A DNA stretch of 64,000 bases from Squalus acanthias (GCA_030390025.1 CM059431.1:107882001-107946000); one strand, 5' to 3'; positions 37,790 through 50,064 are shown, counted from the stretch's first letter. Numbers and translations: made by a program. Notes: generated from the letters alone by a model not told the origin.

Positions 37790-38070
37790 GAGCATTGCAT
37801 TGATATAGCGCCTTTCATGACCTCAGGACATCCCAAAGCACTGTACAGCCAATGAAGCACTTTTGAAGCGTAGTCACCATTTTAATGTAGGAAACACGGC
37901 AGCCAATTTGCGAACAGCAAGCTCCCACAAACAGCAATGTGACAATGACCAGATCATCTGTTCTTAGGTGCTGGTTTGAGGGATAAATATTAGCCAGGGC
38001 ACTGAGGCAAACTCCCCTGCTCTTCATCAAAATAGTGCCCTGGGGTCTTTCACATCTACCTGAGAGGGCA
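37790..38070 (-). mobile_element. DeuSINE fragment
   Basis: Similarity to the other copies. Confidence 0.85.
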
Positions 38071-38832
38071 ACCTTGCATCACAACTGTGCTCCAAAACCC
38101 CAGACTACTCATGACAAATACCACAGAGGTCAGATAGATAGATAGTGTAAGACATTTTAGATTGTGCTACTTTATGCCACGTTAATTTCTAACGGTAATG
38201 CTTTATTACTTAAGCTGTCTATGAAGCTATTACTTCTAATTTTGCTTTATAGTAATTACCTTGCTATAATATGAACAGTTGCAATACATATTTAATGTGG
38301 ACAGTTATTTTTACACTCCAGTGCACTTTTCTCCTGCCCTTGACTATAATTCAACTGAAATCATATCAGATAAAATATTTTTCTATAAAAAATGCAGTAA
38401 ACTAAATCTCTAATATTTACCACAGTGGTTAATCTGAAACTTGATAGTGCCAATTATTTTTTAATCCTTGCAGCACACTGACATTAATCCCCGAACAATG
38501 TATGCTTTCTGTTAAATAAAAAGAACCTTGAATGATAATTTCCACTGGAGAATGAGTAGGATTATGAAGCAGACCAATAATGAGAAAATCGTACCTCTGA
38601 TCCCCTTAGATTTGAGCAGCAGAGGATAAAGCTGAAACAGCCTTTGTAGATGATAGTTTTTATACTGCTAAACTCATAAGTACTGACGGGCGTCTATTGC
38701 CTTATGCCCTGTATGTATTAATAGCAGATATTTTTCAAAATATGCCTAGGAATATCAATAGAAGATCAGAACTCAATATTAGAATTACGGGTGTTTTTAA
38801 TAATTATTTGCATTTATACAGATTCTATTTAT

Positions 38833-39095
38833 ACATAAGAACATAAAACATAAGAGCAGGAGTAGGTCATTTGGCCCCTCGAGCCTGCCCTGCCATTCAA
38901 TAAGATCATGGCTGATCTGATCTTGGCCTCAACTCCATTTCCCTGCCCGCTCCCCATAACCCTTGACTCCCATGATCGTTCAAAAATCTGTCTATCTCCA
39001 CCTTAAATATATTCAATGACTCAGCCTCCACAGCTCTCTGGGGAAGAGAATTCCAAAGATTCATGACCCTCTGAGAGAAGAAATTCCTCCTCATA
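38833..39095 (-). mobile_element. CR1 3' fragment (single 3' hairpin type)
   Basis: MRRNFFSQRVMNLWNSLPQ; ACATAAGA tail. Confidence 0.9.
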
Positions 39096-39827
39096 TTTGG
39101 TCACGTTAACTGATACAAATGGGTTTGGTAATGTTGAGATTGATCCTATTCCTCTGTTGTGTTTAGAGGCCTTTTAAGAGAAAATCTAACAACCCCTTGC
39201 TATCTTAAATGACAACCAAGAACTTCCATGGGAGTTATGTATCACCTTGCAGGTTTAATTTCTTGCGAAATTCTGGCAGAAACAAATATGCAATCATTGA
39301 ACGAAGTTGGGAAGTGTGTGTGTGTGTGTGTGTGAACATTCATCTTTGGAGCCCTAGAGCAGCTATCCTTCTTTGGTGCCTGAATGAAGAATCAGCTATG
39401 TTACAGAACGACCATATTCAGAGTCTAAAGTTAAAGTAAAGATTAGCTGAGCCACGGAACATCCATCTTCAGGGTCTCGAGTGAGCTTTGTCTAACCATG
39501 GATGATATATAAAGGGCTTAAAGTGAGGACTTGTCAAGGGGGCCTTAAAGCATTTATCTTTGGACCGCAAGAAGAAGATTGTCAGAGCGTGTGGAGGAAT
39601 TACTTACTGAAAGAACTTACCTGTAGTGAGTTAACACATTCTAATGGTGGTACTCAATACAGTGCTAAATGTTTGTCTTAGGGCTATGAGTTATATTTTT
39701 TAAAAACTCATTATTTCTACCTCCCGGACAGGACACAAAACAAATGCTTGTTATCAGATAATTGATCTTTCTCTCACCTCTGACCTCCAACCTCTCTCTA
39801 CATTGCAGCTTTTTGTCCTCTCTACTA

Positions 39828-40190
39828 GGTGTCAGCCGTGACTCAGTGGGAGTGCTGCACTGTCGGAGGTGCCGTCTTTCAGATGAGCCGTTAAACCGAG
39901 GCCCCATCTGCCCTCTCAGGTGCATGTAAAAGATTTCATAACACTATTCAAAGAAGAGCTGGGGAGCTTTTCCCGGTGTCCTGGCTAACATTTATCCCTC
40001 AACCAAAATCACCAAAAAAAATGATCTGGTCATTATCACATTGCTGTTTGCAGGAGCTTGCTGTGCGCAAATTGGCTGCCACGTTTCATACATTACAACA
40101 GTGACTGAACTTCAAAAGGAATTCATTGGCTGTAAAGCGCTTTGGCGCATTCTGAGTATGGGAAAGGCGTTGTGTAAATGTGTTCTTTTT
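39828..40190 (+). mobile_element. DeuSINE with an internal deletion in the head
   Basis: GTCAGCCGTGACTCAGTGG joined directly to GAGTGCTGCACTGTCGG. Confidence 0.85.
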
Positions 40191-40399
40191 TCTTTTATTA
40201 ATACATGTATTGTAATTACTAATCTGAACATTCCTCAATTGTTCTTCTCAAGGTCCAGATATATACCAAAATATTGCACAGGTCAAAAAGATGTGGGTCA
40301 TAAATAAACAATAAATCAAACTGAATTAACACATTTCAAAAAAGGCCTGGAAATGAAAGCTGATACATCATTATCACTGTCGAAATATTGTGGTGAAAC

Positions 40400-40680
40400 A
40401 ATTATAAAAAAACAAATAGATTACTAGAATTTATAGCGAGGACTGTAGCGTACAAGTCTATAGAAGTTCTGCCAAGGCATTACAAAGCACTGATCAGATC
40501 ACACTTAGACTATTATGTTCAGCTTAGGTCACCATGCCACAAAATAAGATATATTTGCACTGGCAAGGGTACAGGGAAGGGCAGAAAGATTAATGAGCTA
40601 CGAGAAAAGATTAGAGACACTTAAATTTTACAGTCTAGAAATAAAGCTGTTATGGAGGAACTTCATATTTAATAGCAAAA
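40400..40680 (+). mobile_element. Highly degraded CR1 RT C-terminal fragment
   Basis: Remnant YKALIRSHLDYYVQ...LARVQGRA...SYEKRL. Confidence 0.6.
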
Positions 40681-40929
40681 TAGGCTACAAACATGCCTAC
40701 AAATGATAACGGACACCTGTATTCCATAATGATTAACGAAGAAGAAATCTCAAATAGATATAACTTATCAAAGACGTCTACAGGATTTTGTCACAGTTCT
40801 TTAAGCAACTATTAAATATTATAAACCACAGTAAGGTGCCACAGGACATACAGCTTACCGTTGGATATCAGAGATTATACTTTTGAAGTGATTGACACAA
40901 TTATGAGTTTCACATACGTGCTGTATAAT

Positions 40930-41530
40930 ATGCTCGAATGAAGTGAAAATAAACTTTCATTTCATGGAGGCATGAGCAGAGTCTGTAGGCAAGTGACAGA
41001 ATGGTACAGCACCCTATCTGATTGTTGAGAAAGTGGTTGTGCTACGACACGATTTGGGTGCAGGAAGGAATGCTCTGTTTCCACTCCACCGCATCCTCAC
41101 CGGAGCATAGCAGTGTAGTTTGCCTGTCAGGTTCAGCAGTCTGTACAGCACATTACAGCTGTCTACCATGGTCTGCACTCTTGGGAACCCCACCACTTAA
41201 GAAAATGTCTCTGCCTATTGAGCTGATAACTTCTTTCCACAGGATAAAGCTGCAAACTTGTCCCTTTCAGACGAGCCCTCTGATGCATTTGCACAGAGTT
41301 GACCGATTTGGCAAATGCCACCAGCACTGTCTTGGAAGGATCCAGAGACATGCAGAGAATACTATACTAATGACTAATGGCCTTCATGCCCATGGGAAGC
41401 GATCTCCCTGTGGCATGTGATATTAGATGTCTGAGCTTGCTTCGAGAAATGACATTGCTATGCATTGTGAAGCGGAGGCAGCAAAGACATGTCTTCTCTG
41501 ACTTACTCAGGGAAGACGATCTTGACCAGT
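40930..41530 (-). pseudogene. Ancient Harbinger transposase fossil
   Basis: Colinear remnants across frames: CLRF, SLPMGMK, SGSFQDSAGGICQIGQ, GFPRVQTMVDSCNV. Confidence 0.6.
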
Positions 41531-41572
41531 AAATATGAGTATTGGGGTAAGGATGTGTGAGAGTGAGGATGT

Positions 41573-42115
41573 GTGAACAGTTCTGGTCTCTGTATTATAA
41601 AAAGGATATAGAGGCTCTGGAGAAAGTGCAAAAAAGGATGTACTAGAATGACACCAGAACTGAGAGGTTATACCTATCAGGAAAGATTGAACAGGCTGGG
41701 GCTCTTTTCTCTAGAAAAGAGAAAACTGAGGGGTGACCTGATAGAGGTCTTCAAGATTATGAAAGGGTTTGATAGGGTAAACGTAGAGAAGATGTTTCCA
41801 CTTGCAGGCGAGACCAGAACTAGGGGCCATAAATATAAGATAGTCACTAATAAATCCAATAGGGCATTCAGGAGAAACTACTTTACCCAGAGAGTGGTGA
41901 GAATGTGGAACTCGCTACCACAAGGAGTAGTTGAGGCGAATAGCATAGATTCATTCAAGGGGAAGCTAGATAAACACATGAGGGAGAAAGGAAGAGAAGG
42001 ATATAGGGATGGGGTTAGATGAAGAGGGGTGGGAGGAGGCTCGTGTGGAGCATAAACACCGGCATGGATCTAAAGGGCCGAACGGCCCATTTCTTTGCTG
42101 TAAATACTTTGTAAT
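41573..42115 (+). mobile_element. CR1 3' fragment
   Basis: YQERLNRLGLFSLEKRKLRGDLIEVFK...RVVRMWNSLP. Confidence 0.92.
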
Positions 42116-42252
42116 ACAATATATGAAGAATAGTTGCACCTGCAAGAAATGCTATCTGTCCTCAAAATGTAGGACCACCAATTGAAACCCTAAATTAATT
42201 CCATCCTGTCTACTATATTATAACCATATATTATGCCGGTAAGATGTATTAA

Positions 42253-42525
42253 AATAATTTTATCTGTGAAACCCTTTGAAAATGTACGTGTGCCAAGGGT
42301 GTCAGTTGTATTAGCTTGGCTCATTTGACAGCACTCTTGCCTATGGGGAAGAAAGTCGCGACTTCAAGACCCACTCCAGGACTTGAACACATGTTCTGGG
42401 CTGACACATCAGTGTAGTATTGAGAATGTGCAGCATTTCAAAGGTGCTGACCTCTGCATGAGATATTAAAACGGAGACTCTATCTGCATATCCAGGTGGA
42501 TGTAGAGGATATAACGTGACACTAT
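42253..42525 (+). repeat. Degraded DeuSINE head plus flank; paralog of 43820-44817
   Basis: Shared unique flank AATAATTTTA...TGAAACCCTTTGAA and shared SINE substitutions. Confidence 0.85.
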
Positions 42526-42659
42526 TTCATAAGTGAAATTGCAGTTGGGAGCAAAACAGTTGTAAGAAATAGAAATGGAAATAAAGGGTGAATTTGAAAA
42601 TTCAGCTGGCAGCTGTGTTTAGGGAGGAGGTGGTCAGAGAATTAGTTTGAAAGTGAATT

Positions 42660-42912
42660 ACATAGAATTTACAGCACAGAAATAGACCATTCAGCCAGCA
42701 GGTCTATGCTCCATATAAGCCTCCTCCCACCTTACTTCATCTCACCCGATCAACATATCTTTCTATTCCTTTCTCCCTCATATACTTATCTAGCATTCCC
42801 TTAAATGCATCTATGCTATTCGCCTCAACTACTCCATGTGGCAGCGAGTTCCACATTCTCATCACTTTCTGAGTTAAAGAAGTTTCTCCTGAATTCTTTA
42901 ATGGATTTATTA
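42660..42912 (-). mobile_element. CR1 3' fragment
   Basis: Reverse complement similar to 41860-42115. Confidence 0.85.
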
Positions 42913-44032
42913 GTTAATCCTTAAAACTCTAGCAAAGCAACAAAAAAAAAGCAAACTTAAACAACAACTAAAAATAATGCGCCAATCAAATGCAGATAAG
43001 CAAACAAAATGTAACCTTCCAACCAACAATGAATTAGTGAAAGTCACCTTTAAGAAGCCTGCTTCTACCTGTCAGGCTAGTTACAGAGTGCTATATCTGT
43101 TTCAAATGGAACCTAATTTATCAAATATTGCTCACTTATTCTCTGGAAAGTCAATTTTAATTGAAGCAATCTCCAAGATTTAAGCAGAACATGTTGAACT
43201 GAGAAAAAAAATGAAAAGACATAAAACAGGAGCTCTAGCAATACAAAATGTCATAGTAGCCTAGGGAATAACAAGGCTTTCATATGAAGAGTATCTTGAC
43301 AGTCAATAATTCAAGCTAAATTTAAATATGGATTTAGCTTTGAAGCTCCACAAACTAGAATTTCATGCCTGAAGTGGTACAGGATGAAGGAAAGTGTGTC
43401 AGGGTGATCATCTGGTACCAGATTGCGACTGCTCACAACCAGCATTATGCTGCTAACCATATCTGCAGGCCTTGACATACTTACCTAGCAATTATGATTG
43501 GGAACTGGCTCCATGAGCTCCAGATCACTATAGGGTAGTGTGCAGATCTATGCAGCCTGCAGCCATACTGCACCATATGAACAACACTGCCAGTGGCAAT
43601 GAACGTCATGTGTTACCTCACCTGTTTGACTCTGCCTCCTCCAGGCTAGGTGACTAGGTCAGCTCGGCTACTGAATAGCAACAACAGTAGAACATGATAT
43701 TGCCACCTTGCCGCATTTAGCAAAGTAGGGGAGGGTATTAATTGTGCATATGTGGCCATCCTGCAGCCTATTACGTGTGTCAGTAAGTAACCATATATTA
43801 TGCAGGTAAAGTGGATGATAATAATTTTATATATGAAACCCTTTGAAGTTGTGAGTGTGCCAAGGGTGTCAGTTGTATTCGCTTGGCTCATTTGACAGCA
43901 CTCTTGCCTCTGGGGGTGAGAAAGTCGTTCAAGACCCACTCCAGGACTTGAATACATATTCTGGACTGACACAGCTGAGTAGTATTGAGAGCATGAAGCA
44001 CGTCAGAGGAGCTGACCTCTGCATGAGATATT

Positions 44033-44761
44033 GGCCCAAAAATTCGGCCCTTCCTGGGTGAGTACACTGTGTACTCACCCGTATTGCTTCCCGAAGTGCC
44101 GGTTTCCTGCATGCACTGCGCATGCGCGGGAAACCGGAACTTCCGGTATGGTGAAGGGGGCAGTTCCTAGGTGAACCACGTGCGCGGTAGAGGCTGCGCG
44201 CACACAGCAAACTTAGATTTTTTTTCAGGTTTCTACGCGAGGGTAAGTATTGAAGATTCTACGCTAATAAAAAGGAGGCTTAAGACCCCTTTTGAACAAG
44301 GTAAGTGGTTAATTAAGTATAATTTTAATTTTTTTTCAACAGGTTTATCTTTTTTAGATACTTTAAAGTATTTTAATTTTTTCAAAAATTTTAATTTTTG
44401 TTTAAAGTGGTTAATTTATTTAACTATAGTTATTTTATAAATGTGATGGTTTTTTAAAGATTTATTTTAAGTTTAGCTGTTCTTTTGGGGCCGATTTCAA
44501 TTCACAGATTTGACAGGTCTTCCTGTCAAATCTATGAATGAAAGATGGTCTGCTGCCATTGGCTCTCCATGGCCCATGTGATCCCAGGGGTCGCATCGCA
44601 CTAACTGCGCCCCTGGAACACGCAAGCACTGCACGCCGGCTCTTGGGAGAGGCCCAGGACCCGAAGTTCCCGTGGGCCCAAAACATAATGGCAGGCGCGG
44701 TAGGTAAGAGCGCGCGCGATCCTTACCCCCGCGGCAAGCCGGACACGCAAATTTCTGGGCC
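44033..44761 (+). mobile_element. Harbinger-type MITE, GGCCCAGAAATTC family (729 bp)
   Basis: TIR GGCCCAAAAATT / AATTTCTGGGCC; TSD ATT; empty site GAGATATTAAAACGG at ~42460-42474. Confidence 0.93.
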
Positions 44762-45814
44762 ATTAAAACGGAGACCCTAACTGCATATTCAGGTGGATGT
44801 AAAGGATAACATGACACCAGAAGAGGAGTGAGTTTTGACTCCCTATGATCTTGGTACTATGACCCTCTTATCTGAGTATGTTTCTTAATATGTCCCCATG
44901 ACAACTAGCCTTTCTGTTAAATACCATAACCATTGGGTCTATCCTCAACCTCCACAGGCATTTTCTTTTGAAAAGCCTTCAGAACATCATAATGTTAGAC
45001 CTTGTTTTAGTTTTATAATTGTCAAGCAAATTTATTCAACAGAAGATAAGCACATATAAAACAGTAAGATAATGCATACATATATTTATAGCAGCTATTA
45101 TATTAATCATCTCCATGAACAAATAAAAGATTGCGATCTATGTACTAAGCAACTAATTAACTTTTGCATAAACCGTTATTATTTTTATGGTCGTTTTTTC
45201 TAACTGTGGGAGTTTTCTAATCTAATCCAACTTTTCTCTGGATCCAGCTGATTCAACGCAGCTCAACTCCACTCATCTCAGTTTTTAGATGAGGTTCAGC
45301 TCCTTAAATACTCTTGAAAACAGATGCCGGGGCTTCCTGGAATTGAAAAACAGTCAGCCAGATTCAAAAGTACCTGCCAGTCATACACATAAATGAGCAA
45401 ACCACACAGTACGTATTTGTTTGAATGTGGTTTGGCTAACCCCATCCCCCTTCAAGCTTGGGAGACAATAAATGAAACTTGGTGACATTAATCAATATAA
45501 TTCTGACTGCAACTGGCTTTGAAACTCCTCGGACTTTGTAACTCAGTTAGGATCATCTGCCAAGCGAAAGCAAGCCAAGAAGACTTCATTTGTGCCACAC
45601 TGGGATCTTGCTGTGTGCAAATTTGCTACTGGCTTTGCCTACTTAACATTTCATAGATTTCAAAAGTAATTAATTGGATATGAAACAATTTGGGACATCC
45701 TGAGAATGGAGCAAATTCTATAGAAATAAAAATGATTTCTTTCTTGTATGTTTTGGTTTGGATATTTGCCCGGCTGGTGTATGGTGATTTATGTGAAGCA
45801 ACAAATGAGCAGAA

Positions 45815-45940
45815 AGCGTAAGCTCGAGGAACAGCACCTCATCTTTCGATTAGGCACTTTACAGCCTTCTGGACTCAACATCGACTTCAACAATTTCAGA
45901 TCATAACCTCTGCCCCTATCTTTTTTTTCCATTTTTTTGT
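45815..45940 (+). mobile_element. Penelope-like element, GIY-YIG endonuclease C-terminal fragment
   Basis: Translates as RKLEEQHLIFRLGTLQPSGLNIDFNNFRS*. Confidence 0.85.
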
Positions 45941-46609
45941 TCCTCTCGCACTTCGGGCGGTTGAGCAGGGACCGTGTAATTTTGGGCCGAACTCCAACAT
46001 TTTGTGAGGTAGCTTCAAAAGCAAAAATAGTGTATGGGATACAAAAGTGGCAACCTTCAGCATTTAATAGAAAATCTCTGAGGTTTTTAGTCCAATCTGT
46101 CCACTTGAGTTTTCTTGCAGTTTCTACGGGATTTCAAATCTCCTGCCCAACTCAAACAGGGACTGGCTAAATACAAAAGGAATGTCAAAGTTTGACCACC
46201 GTGCACCTAATTTCTTTCCGCTTTTGTTCAATTTCTCTTTAATATTAATTTCCAAAGTTTTCAATTAAGTTATATTTTCTTGTAATAAAAATGTATTTAA
46301 AAAGTCAACAGGAAATGATTAGACAAAGAATGATGTAGTCCCACCTCCCAGTGAAAGATTTTGACCACTCAAGTGCATGGGATATTTTATGGGCGTACAG
46401 CGGAACCACATTTATTGCTCCCATAATATCTAGACTACAGAGCCTGATATTTCCCGAGGTATCTGCTATTCATTTCTGCTCAATCAACCACTGTGGGGTT
46501 CATAACTTAGTTGGCGTGGAGAGGCTTGCTGCAATGGAGGAGCTCAACCTGAGCTGGGCATATGTAGAGGAATTGGATTGCCCATCATTCAGGATTGGCA
46601 GGAGTCATA

Positions 46610-47502
46610 GGGGGAAAAATTCAGTTGGTTGCGCCTCCCGTTAGCGCCTTAAGAGGGCGCTAATGGGGCGCAAAGCAGCTAGCGCCCGGGCGCGGCGAAG
46701 TTTGCGCCGCTCGCGAAATTAACTAGACATTTTGCGGCGGCGCTAAACACTACCGCCACGATCTCCTGCGCCGGCCGATCATGACGTCACTCGAGTGCGC
46801 AACGCCCCGGTATCGCCCCGGAGCGGATATTGAGTGGCGCCCCCTGCCTTACCGCCTGACGCTAGCAACGACAGGTTGAGGGGAGCGTTCTGCAGTCATG
46901 AAGGGAAAGGGGGAGCGCTATTTAAAGGTGACCGCTTCCTGCCTTTTATTGTTGGTGCCATTTTTGAACTACGCATTCTGAGAGAGAGAGGGAGAGACTT
47001 CTGGAGACATTTAACGTTGTGTGAAGGAGTTTTGGGTACTGAGCAGCACTTTGCAGGTTCATTTTGATTTGCCATTCCTTGTATCGAGTTAGCAGAGACT
47101 GTGGGGGCTGCACTCTGAGCTCTTTGCCTGATACTCTCCATTGTTCTTTCCAGCACATTTGATGTGCAGGTCTCTCCAGGCCGAGATTCAAGGCTGCAAT
47201 GAGCAGGATGTGGATGGAAAGCAAGATTAACCATCCCCTTTAAGAACTGGCCCGTGCCATTGTGTGTGTGTTCCATTGCTGACAGACATTACATGAGCTT
47301 CGCCAGCGCTCTGAGGTAGCGCCTCGCTCCTCGGCCTTTGCGCCTTAAGACAGGTGTGAAGCACCTGATTTAGCGCTGCAATCACCTCCAGGGGCGATAA
47401 AAGTCAAGTTTGCAGTCGGTGGCGATAATTAGCGCCAGGCGCTAATTTTTGCGCACGGACGATATTTGCGCCCCAAACGGGGCGCGACTGAATTTTTCCC
47501 CC
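46610..47502 (-). mobile_element. Non-autonomous Harbinger derivative (893 bp), sister of 16506-17394
   Basis: TIR GGGGGAAAAATTCAG / CTGAATTTTTCCCCC; TSD ATA; colinear reverse complement of the 16506 copy. Confidence 0.94.
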
Positions 47503-47715
47503 ATAGAGTCATACGGCACAGAAGGAGGCCATTCGGCCCATCGAGTCCGTGCCGGCTCTCTGTAGAGCAATCCAGTCAGTCCCACTCCGCCGCTCTATCC
47601 CCGTAGCCCTGCAAGTTTATTTCCCTCAAGTCCTCTTGAAAACATTGAGTGTCTCCGCTTCCATCACTTCCGTCGGCAGTGAGTTCCAGGTCCTCACCAC
47701 TCACTGCGTAAAAAC
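47503..47715 (-). mobile_element. CR1 3' fragment whose (GAGTCATA)n tail is split by the MITE
   Basis: GAGTCATA on both sides of the MITE; GAAGGAGGCCATTCGGCCC hairpin. Confidence 0.88.
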
Positions 47716-48149
47716 TGGTGGGCAAGTGGGCAAGAGCTACTGTCAGACAGAGAACGATGTGGGGATTAGTGTAAAGAGCAGGGTGTGGGAAAAGGGGAGG
47801 TTTGGGGAGAGTCAGGGACATTACGCAAATAATACAACTTATAGGAGGAAGGTGAGAAAGTCACGTTTAGTGTAAGGCTCAAGATGTGGGGTACTTGGCC
47901 CCAGTGTCCTCAATTATATAGAGATACTCTCAGTATTTTGACATTTTTAACGTTGATATAGAGACACAGCAACATACAAGACCAGAAAAGACCATTTCAG
48001 TCCATCTGGCCAATATCTATGTACTTGCTACGCTCCGATTAATACAGTGGGAAGTACAGTCAGAGCTAAAAACAGATACAGCTGAGGAAGGCGTAAGTGT
48101 TTATATTTCATAAACATAAAGTAGAAAACAGGAATAAACAGAACTTCAT

Positions 48150-48345
48150 ATTCTCCCCCTTTCCCTGCCTCTGTACTTGCTTAAAATCTGTTACATCTCT
48201 AACATTTTCCATTTCTGACGAAGGGTCATCGACCTGAAACATTAACTCTGTTTCCCTCGCCAAAGATGCTGCCTGACCTGCCGAGTATTTCCAGCATTTT
48301 CTGTATTTATTTCCGATTTCCAGCATCCTCAGTGCATTGCTTTTG
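48150..48345 (+). mobile_element. Penelope-like terminal fragment with a hammerhead-like core
   Basis: CTGACGAAGGGTCATCGACCTGAAAC at 48215-48240. Confidence 0.7.
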
Positions 48346-48821
48346 TACTTCATATTTTGAGGTGTGCAAAACAAAATATAATTTGCCTTCAGGTCTTTTC
48401 TCGATTGTCTTGAGCAAAGCTGAATTCGAGTAGATAAATTCTAAAGAAAAAAGAACGAACTTGCACTTAGCAGGAGTGTTCCTCCACGCCCAACAAGGAA
48501 ACCTTGGCTGTCCTCTGCCTTAGGTTTCTCCGCACCATCCCCTCTCCCCCCTCGACCGCAATCGTTCCGAACTTCCCCCTCCCTTAGTCACCTACCTTAC
48601 TGGGGACCGTTTTCACCGGTCGCAGCCTCCTGCCTGCTGGCCTCTATGTCATCCCTGCCTTCTTCGGGCGGGAGTCAGCGCCAGGAAATTCAAACGAGGT
48701 GTGGTAGTTAAAATCCCCTCGGGCCCCACATTGTGGGGGAATCGCACGGACCGGTCCCCGCAAGCTGAACCCCAGGTTAAAATCGGGGCTTATATTTTTA
48801 ATTGTATGTTCATTTCAATTT

Positions 48822-49045
48822 AGAACGTGGAACTCGCTATCCCTTGGAGTTGTTGAGGCGAATAGCATAGATGCCTTTAAGGGGAAGCTAGATAAGTACA
48901 TGAAGGAGAAAGGAATAGAAGGATATGTTGAGAGGGCTAGATGAGGTAGGGTGGGAGGAGGCTCCTGTGGAGCAGAAACACCGGCACGGACCAGTTGGGC
49001 CGAATGGCCTGTTTCTGTGCTATAAATTCGATGTAATTCTATGTT
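48822..49045 (+). mobile_element. CR1 3' fragment
   Basis: GTGGAACTCGCTA...GGGCCGAATGGCCTGTTTCTGTGC, ATTCTATG tail. Confidence 0.88.
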
Positions 49046-50064
49046 TCTGATGTTTGTGCATCCCGATGCAGTTAATGTGCCTAATTTTTCACTGACAAGT
49101 GCTAAGCAGTCTTTGTCTATCTTAATGGATCAAACATTGAATACATTCAGGGGCCAGGAAAAATATGTAACACTGTCTGATCATCATGGCTGGAGTCTTA
49201 CCATCATCAGGGTACAGTAGCATAGTGGTTATGTTACTGGACTAGCAATCCAGAATATCAGTAATGAAACTATTGGATTGTTCTTGTAAAAACCTATCTG
49301 GTTCACTAATGTCCTTTAGGGAAGAAAATCTGGTGTATATGTGACTCTAGGCCCACAGTAATGTGGTTGACTCTTAACTGCTCTCTGAAATGGCCTAGCA
49401 AGTCACTCAGTTGTATAAGGCGGCTCACCACCACCTTCTCAAGGGCAGTTAGGGATGGGCAATAAATGCTGGCCTTGCCAGTTGACACCCACATCATATG
49501 AACAAATAAAAAAAATGTTTTTAAATGAGATGACCTGAATGTGTTTCTACAAAAGTTTTTTTCCTCAAAAGGCTGCTTTACGTTTCCCTCATCGCCACTG
49601 ATTTTGAAAAGGAAAAACTTACTGAATGGGTGATAAAACCCCTCATCCCCTCAGTTATCCCAATCTGGACCTTACTGTAATACCGATGCCAAGTGAAAAA
49701 GGATTTTGTTGGTACACACTGCGAAACTCATCACAAAATAGGGCGGTAACATCAGCAACCACAGGGACATTCAGGCCGTGGCATTTTATGTTTCCATCTC
49801 CTTTGAGAAAACTGCATTGGAAGTGGATTCTTGGCGTGGAGTTTCCGTCAGGGGCGCAATCGGCAAATGCGCCCAGAATGCGCTGGACTGTGCCGGTTTT
49901 GCCGTTCCACTTTCCGCGCAAACTCCTTAGCCAAACATAAAATCTCCCATGAATTAGGGTTAGATGATGAGGGGTAGGCGGAGGCTTGTGTGGAGCATAA
50001 ACACCGGCATAGAGCAGTTGGGGCGAATGGCCAGTTTCTGTGCCGTAGACCTGATGGAATTCTA

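Noticed and set aside
46896..47276. 126-aa ORF shared with 16732-17028
   Set aside because: Similarity reflects the shared MITE; it is a chimera of leader sequence, the Myb start and antisense transposase leader, and differs in length between copies
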